This document shows, piece by piece, positions 11,036 through 22,016 of a stretch of DNA of 64,000 bases. The first letter of the stretch is position 1; each line of letters starts with the position of its first letter. Under the pieces are notes generated by a model that was not told the DNA's origin, did not search any database, and was given only the letters and a program-made list of their open reading frames with translations. Source of the stretch: Mobula hypostoma (Eukaryota); NCBI RefSeq assembly GCF_963921235.1, contig NC_086109.1, positions 22,570,001 to 22,634,000 on the forward strand, read 5' to 3'. The position numbers and the translations under genes were made by a program.

Positions 11036-11527
11036 ATTTTTTAGTATAATTTTTATTGAGTTTTCAAAATGAATACATGAAAAGATAATATCTACCCTCC
11101 CCCCTCCCCTTAACCCTTCCCCCCGATATATACTCCTACCTAAAAAGAAAGAATGAAGAAAAAAAAAGAGAAGAACCGCCTGGATATTGGAAAGTTTCCA
11201 CATGCTCCATGGGATTCAAAATAAATTTAGTATATTTATTTATTACTTTCCCCAAGGGACCAAGATCTTTATCATCAGAGCAACTAAATATGCCATCCTA
11301 TCTTTTGTAAATAAGGGTGCCAAATATTCAAAAATGTTTCATATTTATCTCTTAAATTATAAGTAATTTTTTCGAGTGGAATAGAACTAGCCATTTCATT
11401 GTTCCAACGATTCATACTTAAAATACGAATCAGATTTCCAAGTAACTGCTATAGCCTTCTTAGCTACTGCCAGTGCAATTTTTATGAATTCTTTCCGATA
11501 TTTATTCAATCTAAGTTTTGGTTTTAT
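11036..11527 (-). mobile_element. 5'-truncated L1-clade LINE
   Basis: Perfect 18-bp TSD CCCTGGGATGAAGATTCT (11018-11035, 11528-11545). AATAAA and A-rich tail on minus. Open C-terminal frame ...IALAVAKKAIAVTWKS...WNNEMASSIPLEKITYNLRDKYETFLNIWHPYL. Confidence 0.85.
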
Positions 11528-12599
11528 CCCTGGGATGAAGATTCTGACCATCTACTGTATCTGTGCTTCTTATAATTTTACATACCTCTATCAAGTCACT
11601 CCTCAGTCTTAGACTACTCCAGAGAAAATAATCCAAGTTTGTCCAACTTCTCTTTGTAACTAATGCTCTTTCATCCAGTCAATATCCTGATAAACCTCTC
11701 CAAAGCCTCCATATTTTTCCTGTTAATGGTCAAACAAGCAAGCAATGCTCCACGTGTGACCTGAGCAAAGTTTTGTATCTCTGGTCAACACTCTGACCAA
11801 GAAAGGAAATATGCCATACGCCTTCTATACCACTCTATCTACAAATGCTAACCACCTTCAGAAAGCTGTGGACTTGCACCTCAAAATCCCTCTGAACCTC
11901 AATGATCCTAAGACTGCTGCTAATTACTGTACACTCTCCTCTCATATTTCACCTCCCAAAGTACAGAACCTCACACTTGTCTCGATTAAACTTCATTTAT
12001 CTGCCCACATTTCCAACTAGTGTATACCCTGCAGAATTGTTTAACAGCATTCCTCACTATCCACCATTTTTTGTGGTATCTGTAAATCTTCTATGTTCAT
12101 AGAATTTACACCAGGGAAGGAGCTATTCAGTTCATCAATCACTTTCCATTACTGAATCACCATAGTCACCACCTCAGGATCCATAAATCAATAACACATT
12201 AGGGAATTCAGGAGAAACTGCTCTACCCAGAGAATGGTAAACTTGCTACTACAAATGCGAGTTGAGGTATAAAGCACTGAAGCATAGATGGATTCAAGAA
12301 ATGGAAGATGTTCACCCTAGGAGGAAGGAATAAAATGAAGATGGATGGCAGGATTAGAAAGAATGAGAAAGACTAGTTAACCTAAATGGTCTGTTTGTAT
12401 CTGGTAAATTTCCATTTAATAATCACATCTGCTTCTTCTTTAATATGCACCTTTCCATTGTCAATTATATGACCAGTTCCTTTTCAGATTAATTTACAAT
12501 CCCGACCTCTAAAGCCATACAACTGATAATCCTTTTTTTTTGTTTAACCTTTGCTTCCAGTGAAAAACCAGCCTCTATTCTATCTGTCAAGGAAAGAAA

Positions 12600-12845
12600 A
12601 ACATTGTCTTTCATAAAGCCTCAAGGAGCTCTACAGACAAAAAAATGTATTATTTTTTAAGTGTTTTCCATGCTGCAGTGTAGAAGTGTAGGAACCAACC
12701 TGCCTACATTAAGCTGTACAGACAGCAAGCTACTAATGATCAGCTTCTGTGATGTTTGCTGGTGGATAACTATTGGCCAGGAGAACTGGAATGACCCCTG
12801 TCCTTCTCTGAAGTTGTGCAATGAGATCTTTCACATCCACCTGGA
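12600..12845 (-). mobile_element. Deu-domain SINE (SacSINE1/AmnSINE-like) relic
   Basis: Minus strand caggtggatgtgaaagatctcattgcac...tcctggccaatagttatccaccagcaaacatcac matches the Deu-domain pattern as I recall it. Related relics lie near 31880-32000, 45170-45380 and 59720-59935. Confidence 0.65.
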
Positions 12846-13004
12846 ATGCCAGTACTGGACTATCATCTATACTAAGCCCTTTATCCCAAATACTCCTGAC
12901 TGTGTTTCTAGTTGAAGAGTTCTTTAACCATTCTAGTTTGCACCCTCACCCACCTCCATCTATTACCCCCGTCACTGTACTGCAAGCACTTTAAACTACT
13001 TGAA

Positions 13005-13135
13005 TCACACACAAAATGCTGGAGGAACTCGGCTGGTTGGGCAGCATCTATGGAAATTAATAGATAGTCAACGCTTCGGGTCGAGACTCTTCTTCAGGAC
13101 TGTCAATGCTTTGAGCCAAGACCCTTCTTCAGGAC
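13005..13135 (-). mobile_element. Penelope-like terminal fragment with two tandem degenerate hammerhead motifs
   Basis: Minus: GTC CTGAAGA AGGGTCTTGGCTC AAAGCATT GAC AGTC CTGAAGA AGAGTCTCGACCC GAAGCGTT GACT. Flanked by cttta(a)actactt repeats. Confidence 0.7.
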
Positions 13136-13797
13136 CTCCTTTAACTACTTTTGATAATGCATTGTTAGAACATGCTGGTATTTATGTATTTATGCACATT
13201 TTATTACATTAACCTCTAACTTCCTTTTTTATACAATTGTTTATTCTTTATAATTATTGAATAATTAACGAATGTTTTTTTTGTTGCATGTCGGGCCCTA
13301 ACCAACACATCACAGCAAAGTCCTCATACGTGTACATATGGCAAGTAAAGTTGATCCCTGATCTTTGCTCCTTTAACAAACTCCAGATCTCCAGTGGTGC
13401 ATCGGTAGAGCAGCCAATCAGAATTGTCCTACAGTAACAACTAAGCCTTTTTATGCTCAAAGATTTCAAGTGGATTTGAGTCCATACACTGCTGAGAGCT
13501 ACAGTCTTTCTGGCCTGGAAGCAATCTTATTTAGTGAGCCTTTGATCTCTGCACTTTTGTTTATCCAGAATTCCAGAAAACATCCTTCATTGTACTCCGA
13601 CTGTTCCGAATCAAGATCTACTTGGATTTATATACAGTGCCTATAAAAAGTATTCACACCCTCATGTTTTACTGTTTTACAACATTGAATCACAGTGGAT
13701 TTAATTTGGCTTTTTTGACAGTGATCAGCAGAAAAGGACTCTTTTGTGACAAAGTGAAAACGGTTCTCTACAAAGTGATCTAAATTAATTGGAAATA

Positions 13798-14288
13798 CAG
13801 TTGAAGTCAGAAGTTTACATACACCTTAGTCCAATGCATTTAAACTCAGTTTTTCACAATTCCAGACGATAGAAACTTTGTGGGCAGAACTGAAAAAGCG
13901 TGTGCGAGCAAGGAGGCCTACAAATCTGACTCAGTTACACCAGTTCTGTCTGGAGGAATGGAACAAAATTCCAGCAACTTACTGTGAGAAGCTTGTGGAA
14001 GGCTATCCAAAATGTTTGACCCAAGTTAAACAATTTAAAGGCAATGCTACCAAATACTGACAAAGTGTTTGTAAACTTCTGACCCACTGGGAAAGTGATG
14101 AAAGAAATAAAAGCTGAAATAAGTCATTGTCTCTACTATTATTCTGACATTTCACATTCTTAAAATAAAATAGTGATCCTAACTGACCTAAGACAGGGAA
14201 TGTTTTCCAGGATTAAATGTCAGGAATTGTGAAAAACTGAATTTAAATGTATTTGGCTAAGGTGTATGTAAACTTCCGACTTCAACTG
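13798..14288 (+). mobile_element. Internally deleted Sleeping Beauty-like Tc1 element
   Basis: TA|CAGTTGAAGTCAGAAGTTTACATACACC ... GGTGTATGTAAACTTCCGACTTCAACTG|TA. ORF remnant LWAELKKRVRARRPTNLTQLHQFCLEEWNKIPATYCEKLVEGYPKCLTQVKQFKGNATKY*. Inner DR gtaaacttctgacccactg. Confidence 0.93.
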
Positions 14289-14292
14289 TAAA

Positions 14293-14805
14293 CATGACAA
14301 ATTCTGCAGATGCTGGAAATTCAAGCAACACACATCAAAGTTGCTGGTGGACGCAGCAGGCCAGGCAGCATCTCTAGGAAGAGGTACAGTCGACGTTTCG
14401 GGCCGAGACCCTTCGTCAGGACTAACTGAAAGAAGAGCCAGTAAGAGATTTGAAAGTGGGAGGGGGAGGAGGAGATCCAAAATGATAGGAGAAGACAGGA
14501 GGGGGAGGGATGGAGCCAAGAGCTGGACAGGTGATTGGCAAAAGGGATACGAGAGGATCATGGGACAAGAGGCCCAGGGAGAAGGAAAAGGGGGAGGGGG
14601 GAAACCCAGAGGATGGGCCAGGGGTATAGTCAGAGGGACAGAGGGAGAAAAAGGAGAGAGTGAGAAAGAATGTGTGTATATAAATAAATAACGGATGGGG
14701 TACGAGGGGGAGGTGGGGCGTTAGCAGAAGTTAGAGAAGTCACTGTTCATGCCATCAGGTTGGAGGCTACCCAGACGGAATATAAGGTGTTGTTCCTCCA
14801 ACCTG
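14293..14805 (-). mobile_element. Penelope-like element 3' end / pLTR inserted in the Tc1
   Basis: Minus strand RLEEQHLIFRLGSLQPDGMNSDFSNFC*, then a pyrimidine-rich tract, the hammerhead and the GATGCTGCCTGGCCTGCTG terminal motif. Confidence 0.85.
14387..14424 (-). ncRNA. Minimal type-I hammerhead ribozyme motif
   Basis: UAGUC-CUGACGA-A-GGGUCUCGGCCC-GAAAC-GUC-GACUG. Stem I UAGUC/GACUG, core CUGANGA and GAAA, stem II GGGU/GCCC, palindromic ACGU in place of stem III, GUC cleavage triplet. Confidence 0.8.
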
Positions 14806-16324
14806 TTCCTCAACTGTATATTGTTTCATTTGATTGTAGTAAAAATACACCTGTATCTGGAAGGTCCAACTGCTGGGAAGTCAGTATTGTGGCAAAAACT
14901 ACACCGTGAAGACAAAAGAACACCCCAAAGAGCTCTGCAAAAAGGTTATTGAAAAGCACAGGTCTGGAAATGGATATAAGAAAATTTCCAAGTCACTGAA
15001 TATCCCTTGGAGTACAGTTAGATCAATCATCGAGAAGTGGAAAGAATATGGTACAGCTGTAAATCTGCCTTGAGCAGGCCATCCTCAAAAATGGAGTGAC
15101 TGTGCAAGAAGGGGACCAGTGAGGGAAGCCACCGAGAGACCAATGACAGCTCCGGAGGAGTTACCAGCTTCAGCAGCTGAGATGGGAGAGATTGCCCGGG
15201 TGTGTCACCAATCACAGCTTTATGGGAGAGTGGCAAAGATAAAGCCACTGTTGAAAAAAACTCACATGAAATCTCATCTAGAGTTTGCCAGAAGGCATGT
15301 GGGAGACTCTGAAGTCAGCTGGAAGAAGGTTCTATGGTCTGATGAAACCAAAATTGAGCTTTTTGGCCATCAGACCAATCACTGCACATCATCAAAAACA
15401 CACTATCCTTATTGTGAAACACGGTGGTGGGTGCATCATGTTGTATAGATGCTTCATTGCAGCAGGCCCTGGAAGACTTGTGAAGGTAGAGGGTAAAATG
15501 AATGCAGCAAAATACAGGGAAATCCTGGAGGAAAACCTGGTGCAGTATGCAAGAGAACTGTGACTTGGGAGATTTGTTTTCCAGCGAGACAATAACCCCA
15601 AGCATGAAGCTAAAGCTACAGAGGAATAGCTTAAAAACAAATAAACAAAAACCAATTTTCCCTCGGGATCAGTAAAGTATGACTATGACTATGACTATGT
15701 TCTGGAGTGGTCAAGTCAGAGTCCAGACCTCAATCCTCAATCCAACTTGAATTTGTGGCTGGACGGGAAAAAGGCTGTTCACTCATGATCCGCGTGCAAT
15801 CTGACAGAGCTTGAGCAGTTTTGTAAAGAAGAATGGGGAAAAATTGCAGTGTCCAGATGTACAAAGCTGATAGAGACCTATCCATACAGACTCAAGGCTG
15901 TAATTGCTGCCAAAGGCACATCTACTAAATACTGACTTGAAGGGGGGTGAATACTTCTGCAATCAATTATATTGTGTTTTATATTTGTAATAAATTTAGA
16001 TCACTTAGTAGAGATCTGTTTTCACTTTGACATGAAGGAATCTTTTTCTGCTGATCAGTGTCAATAAAAGCCAAACTAAATCCACTGGGACTCAATGTTG
16101 TAAAACAATAAAACATGAAAACTTCTGGGGGTTGGGGGGGGGAGGTGAATACTTTTTATAGGCACTGCAACTCTTTTAAAATTGTTAACTATCCCTAGAT
16201 GGATCACAGAGAACAAAAATGAGCAGAGAATTGAACACATTTTGGACATACAATAGATTTTAGGAGCATATTAACGTTTAAGATATCGAAATATTTAAGT
16301 AGGGTGTTATAGGATTTAATAGCC

Positions 16325-16545
16325 TGCTGCTGTCTACACGGAGTTTCTATGTTCTCCCCATGGCCCTGGAGGTTTGCTCTCGGTGTTCCAGTTTTTTCCC
16401 ACAGTCCAAGGATGTACCGGTTGGTAGATTGATTGGTCATTGTAAATTGTTCTCTGATTAGGTTAAATTGGGGGTTCCTGGGCAGTGTAGGTTGAAAGAC
16501 TGAAAGGGCTTACACCACACTGTAATTCAGTAAGTAAATAAATAC
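16325..16545 (+). mobile_element. HE1/V-SINE-like SINE
   Basis: ggagtttctatgttctcccc...ggtgttccagttttttcccacagtccaaggatgtacc core. Confidence 0.7.
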
Positions 16546-19500
16546 AGTTGGAATCATGGTGGCCAGTGACAATGCAAAGGAAAGTGATGAGAAGCCTCAG
16601 TCAGCGCAAGCTAGTAATCCTTTGTGAAAGTGAGACAGGCCTAATTACCTTGGTACAAGGGTTTCAAATTCACACTCGTTTCAAAGATATACAATGTGGA
16701 CAGAAAGTAGAGACCGTTTGAATCAAACACCATAGAAACATAAATAATCAAGGTAGCTCATTGCCCACTCAACTTTCATCTGCTTTAACCCAATAAAAAT
16801 TATACCTACAATACAGCACTAACTACCATTTAGGAAAAAGCACTTTGGCAGAATTGGCTGTAAAGAGATTTGGAAGTGCTGAGGTTATCAAAGCGGCTAC
16901 TGTATTTAAATAAATGCAAAGAATTTTTTTTAAATGTCTGCTATGCTCTCATTATTTTGTCTCAGGTTTATTTCCAGACTAAAAGCTTTAATAAGTTCCA
17001 AACCTTAGGAACAGCAGACCCAGCAATGGAGATCTGTTCTCAACTATTTGATTGAAAATTCTCGAGATCAGATAATTCGTTTGTAGAAACTGAAAAGAAC
17101 ATCTGACCACCCCCCTCCCAGTGGAAAACTGAAGAATAGACTGGGTAGTAGACAGAGGGATAAAGGGGACAGTATTGAGAAATCGGAGGCATAAAAGATA
17201 AAGGTGAAGGACAAGCAACAACTTTGCAATGCCACATTTGCTTTCTGGCCAAGGATGAATATTATGCACAGACTTTCCTGTACCCAGTGTCACTTTGTGT
17301 ATGTGTTTTATTTTATTTTGCCTTATTACAATAATAAAAATAACCACATACATAAACGTACGATGCAGCATCTTTTTTGTGCTGCATGGGATCCGGAATA
17401 ACAATTGTGTCGCTCTTCTTTACACTTGTGTACTGGAAATGACATTAAAGAATCTTGAATCTTGAATTTTGAATTTAGCAGCCTACTTCCTAACACATCA
17501 AAATAGGAACGTCTTCACTCAATACTTCTGAACTTCCAAATTGAAGACCGCATTTTGGAGATGGCGATTCCCTGAGTAACAATACCCTTTATTTGTAATT
17601 TGATACCACAGCAATTCTTGATAGATTTTGAGTCCTTCATCAGTCCTCTGCCAATGATGTGGGCTGTGCTGACATGCTTTAGCAATGCTGAGAGCTGCTT
17701 TGGGCACAATTACTGACCCTAAACTGGATGAAACACAACTCACAATTTTAAAATATTCATTTATAAATAAAAACAGATTACTGTCACTGTTTGCTGCACC
17801 AGAGAGATTTTATTTGGTTGCTGCAGTGATTTTGATCACCCCCATCTGCTTCTCACTAAGAATGTTTTTTTGATATATTCATTCTCAGGGTGTGGGTGTC
17901 ACTGACAAGGCCACTGTTTATGGCCTATTCCTAGTGAAGGAAGTATTAATGTTTCAATTTCATCTGTAAGCTGTGAACTCTTTAGAAGAATCTGATTCCC
18001 TCAGCCTTCTCTAAAACCCCTCATCACTTCAGACTCTCATCAAACCAATCTCTTTGGTTAAGCTTTTTATCACAGGTCCTAGCATCACCTTCTGCAGCTC
18101 TATTTCATATTTTGCTCAATTTACACTAATGTGAAATATTTTTAGAAGATTCTTATTACACAAAGGTAACAAAAGAGTGCAGGCAGTTGTTGATTGCAAA
18201 ATAGATTAAAAAAATTAAATCCCATGCAGGCATGAAATTGAGATTGAGAGAATTTGTTATGTAAGGACTTTAAGGGTTACAGAACCAAAGGGGGTGGTTA
18301 GCAATAAAATACAGATCAGCCAATAGAGAAAGTGGAAGATCTAAATGGCTTTCCTCCTTGTTCATATGTTCCAAAGCTTTTAATTTGAAACCAAGACTCA
18401 GATGGTAGATAAACATTATGGAAGCTTCCCTTATATGGTATATGGTAGGATTTAGTCCAGATCTATTTGATTAACTGTCCAATTAATGCTTTCCTTTTTA
18501 TTCACACTAATTGCTTTGGGTACATACAAATATCCTTTATACTTCTGTGTTGGAAGTGGGATTTTCAGGAGTGTAATCAGAGAAGATTTCTTCACACACG
18601 GACTTAGTCATAGAGTCATAGAAACAGCACAGAAACAAGCCCTTTGGCCCAGCCCCTCCATGCTGACCTGATCTTCTACCTAGCCCCATCTACCTGAACC
18701 CAGCCTTCAAACCCCACCCATGTACTGACCCAAACTTCTCTTAAATGCTACGATTGAACCTACATCTACCACTTCCACTGACAGCTCATTTCACACGTGC
18801 ACGATCCTTTTGAGTGAATAAGTTCTGGACAATTAGAATTTTCTCTCCAGATCACTACTGAGGGGGCAGATGAGTATATCAAGGAATACAGAACGAATGT
18901 GGAAGGACAGATATGTGATGACCCAACTGAAGGATGGAACAGAATGAGGGGCTGAATAAATAGTCACTAGTAATATTGAAAATGATCATGAGTCACCAAG
19001 GTCATTGAAGAAACAAGAAAAATAAGAAACACTTGTGGATGTAAATGCTGCAGAAATAAAAGACAAAGATAGGGTTTAGGACATGGGATTTGTTAGTTAA
19101 ATCAGAAAGTTTTAAATATGTGTCAGAAATTTATTTCTCACCCCCTGTGCTATTTAAAACAATGGTGATAAAGAGTGGATGGATTCTTGCTGCACTTGGT
19201 GCAGAGCAATTTAATCTCAGTGGGGAGGTGAGTGAGCAAGTGTGTGTATGTATGTGTTTGTGGGAGGAAGGGAGATGTGCGTGTGCATACAAATGTCTGC
19301 TTGTGTGTGTAGGGAAGCGTGTCTGGGTGGGAGGTGTGTGAAGAGACGTATTTGTGTATATATATGTGTGGGGGGGGAGATAAGTGTGTGCGTGTTTGAG
19401 AGGGAAGGTGCATATTTGTGTGTAGGTGTGTTTCTGTGTAAGGTTGTGTGTGTTGGGGGGGTGTTGAATGAGTGCATGGGGAGGTGTGCGTGCAGGTGGG

Positions 19501-19630
19501 GTGGAAGATATACATGGGGCCAACCATGTGTGTGTTCTAAGCTCTATTTTGCCCAAGTTTCACAGGTGAAGGAAAATTAGTTCCTCTCCTCCTGGAGCTG
19601 GGAATGAACTGTGAATGGGGGGGGGGGGGG

Positions 19631-20345
19631 CAACACACATGAAAAAGACCAGCAACTCAGCAGGTCAGGGACCATATACGGAAATGAATGAACAGTCGAC
19701 GTTATGGGCCAAGACCCTTAATCAGGGCTGGAAAGGGAGAGGGAAGATGCCAGAGTAAGAAGATGGGGAGAGGGAAGGGAGGACAAGGTAGCCAGATGGG
19801 TGGGGAAGGAGGATGAAGTAAGAAGGCGGAAAGGGCAAAGGGCTAGAGGTAAAGAAATCTGATGGGGGAGGAGAGTGGACCATGGGAGAAAGGGGAGGAA
19901 GAGGGGCACCATGGGTCATTGATAGGCAGGTGAGGAGAGGAGGTAGGAGGGCAAAATGGGGAATGGAAGGGGGAAGGGGGAGGGCAAAAATTACCAGAAG
20001 GAGAAGTCAATTTTGATGCCATCAGGTTGGAGGCTACCTAGATGGTAAATGAGGTGTTGCTCCTTTACCCTGAGACTGGCCTCATAGCGAGAAGAGGAGG
20101 CATTGGACTGGCATAATAGAAGAGGAGTGGGATAGGAATTAAAATGGTTGGTCACTGCGGATGGAGCGGAGATGTTTGACAATGCGGTCCCCCAATCTAT
20201 GTTGGGTCTCACCAATATAGAGGAGGCCACATTGTGAGCACTAGATATAATTGATTACCCCGACATATTTGCAGGTGAAAAGTTGCCTCACCTGGAAGGA
20301 ACAAATGAATGGATGTGAGAGAGGAGGTGAATGGGCAGGTGTAGC
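19631..20345 (-). mobile_element. Penelope-like element fragment (degenerate GIY-YIG, 3' region, mutated hammerhead at ~19693-19730)
   Basis: Minus strand VKEQHLIYHLGSLQPDGIKIDFSFW; upstream ctcctctatattggtgagacc (LLYIGET). Confidence 0.8.
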
Positions 20346-20834
20346 ATTTCTGTCGCTATGCATATGAACGGGAGGGGTCTGAACTTAGCTAGAGTGACCA
20401 CCGCCATCAACTAACGTGCTCATTCACACCACGTGAGGACACGCATAAAGCATAGTCAAGTCTCTCAATATCTATTAAATGCTCTGAGCAGGAGGCGGTG
20501 AGGGTGGGGTGGAAGTAAAAATCAAAGGGTGTCTGGCCAACGACCAGCGCCTGCACCTCAGATCCAGGACCGGCTCCTGTTCCAACATGATGGAACAGAA
20601 TTAGAAAACCCCAAGTCAGGCAAGTGCAGGCCTTCTCATTTGGAGCAGGGGGCTGGGGTGAAAGAATCAGGTCAACCTGCCTTTGGCAATGACCTAAAAT
20701 CAATGAAGGAACGATAAAAAAAAACACCCGAAATTAAACGGCCCAGCCCGAAGATAATCCTTCCTATAGCTTTCTACATCGACCCTTTACCTGCGCCGTT
20801 GGAAGACAGAAACTGGAGTCTTAAGGCGCGTGCA

Positions 20835-20847
20835 CTCTCTCTCTCTG

Positions 20848-20883
<36 letters not shown>

Positions 20884-20886
20884 ACA
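20835..20886. repeat. Compound (CT)n(CA)n microsatellite
   Basis: Directly visible. Confidence 0.95.
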
Positions 20887-21440
20887 AATATATTTCAACC
20901 ATTATATAATAATATAGTCGAGACAAAAATATTATAAACGATATCGACACACACGCTAAACTTCTATATAGGAATTGATAAGATGGAAATGGAGGGGAGG
21001 GTGGCGGTGGATTGAAGTTTATTTATAGTATAGGTCATTTATTTATTTATATAACGAGCCTCCATTCATAGTGCATGCTGAACCCCACGTTAATAAACTC
21101 TACCTTCTAATCCGTTTGCGGTGTGATCCAGTAATATCCCGTCGATCCACTTCCCTCGATTATTGAAAATAACCAACTATTTTAGCATGCAACCGGCGCC
21201 TCAGCACGAGGGATTTTTTTGCATTCGATGGCAGATTTGGATTTCACTGGGTTGAATGTAACACTGGCTGTTATATCCTGGGAGAGATACAATTAGCATT
21301 TTTGCAATCTTTTATCTCGCTTCGCCTTTCCTTCCTTTGGTATAGCAGTTAATGCATTTATCTAAGAAAGAGGCGGGGAAGGCACGGAATGAATGTATAG
21401 GCATTGGGCTGAACTGAGTACCTGACGTTGCAAGGATGCC

Positions 21441-21461
21441 GGCGCTAACCGAGGTGCTGAA
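21441..21461 (-). promoter_or_regulatory. RE1/NRSE (REST-binding)-like element
   Basis: Minus strand TTCAGCACCTCGGTTAGCGCC versus consensus TTCAGCACCACGGACAGCGCC: 18/21 match with canonical spacing. Confidence 0.6.
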
Positions 21462-22016
21462 GCTGCTTCTCCGTCCCGGCGCTGAGCCCATGTGCAGACG
21501 CTGCGGATCCGGCGACAAGGCTGCGCTGCTCAGAGACACTGCACACAAGTGCGGCACTGGGTCCTAGCGCCTTCCGAACATCCCCATTCAATCCAATCCA
21601 ATCCAAATTAATTAAATTCAAGCGACAGGGCGCAACATGCCATCGTAAATATCCAAATACGCCACTTTGATTAGCTTGGCTATTTGGCCATAGTATATCT
21701 GCAGAGATTTAATGGCAAGAACACCATTTTCCACAATTTATATTCCATGTGTTCACTTAGTCCCGAGCAAATAGTTCAAGCTGTGATTCAGTACATTACG
21801 TCTTGTTCCATAGTTTAGAAAGTGTTAGGTTCCTAATCTATTTCAGAAACATTAAATGTTAAACATAGAGCACTGTAACTTTTTCAGGTCAGAACATTCA
21901 AAAGAAGAACGACTTTTCCACATTCTTGATCAACATTCCTCTCCTAATCAATAATATTTTTTGTTCTAACTCAGAGCTTTTGTGCTGCACTTCAAAAGTG
22001 TTATGTACCTCAAATT

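Larger units (their letters stand above)
10046..12060 (-). mobile_element. Degenerate CR1 LINE 3' portion, interrupted by a Tc1 element, a SINE and an L1
   Basis: Begins with ccatagaac tail. Minus strand gives FTQRVLGVRNVL...MFRHLDRYM. CR1 ORF2-like sequence resumes after 10965 and after 11545. Confidence 0.65.
13635..16167 (+). mobile_element. Tc1-family DNA transposon (Passport-like) with defective transposase at 14906..15935
   Basis: TIR CAGTGCCTATAAAAAGTATTCAC at both ends, with inverted similarity extending ~160 bp; TA on the left. Frameshifted transposase motifs KTKEH...GYKKISKSLNIPWSTV, KVLWSDETKIELFG, VKHGGGCIM, FQRDNNPKH, SPDLN, KGTSTKY*. Confidence 0.92.
20791..21620 (-). promoter_or_regulatory. 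Candidate GPR61 promoter / non-coding first exon (CpG-rich unique DNA)
   Basis: Non-repetitive and locally CpG-rich (21430-21570). Minus-strand donor candidates: CAG|GTAAAG at 20791/20790 and AAG|GTAGAG at 21104/21103. RE1-like site, TGACG half-CRE at 21423, CCAAT repeats near 21593-21602. Confidence 0.5.

Noticed and set aside
19090..19580. His/Thr-rich and Val/Cys-rich ORFs
   Set aside because: Artefacts of degenerate (TG)n sequence.
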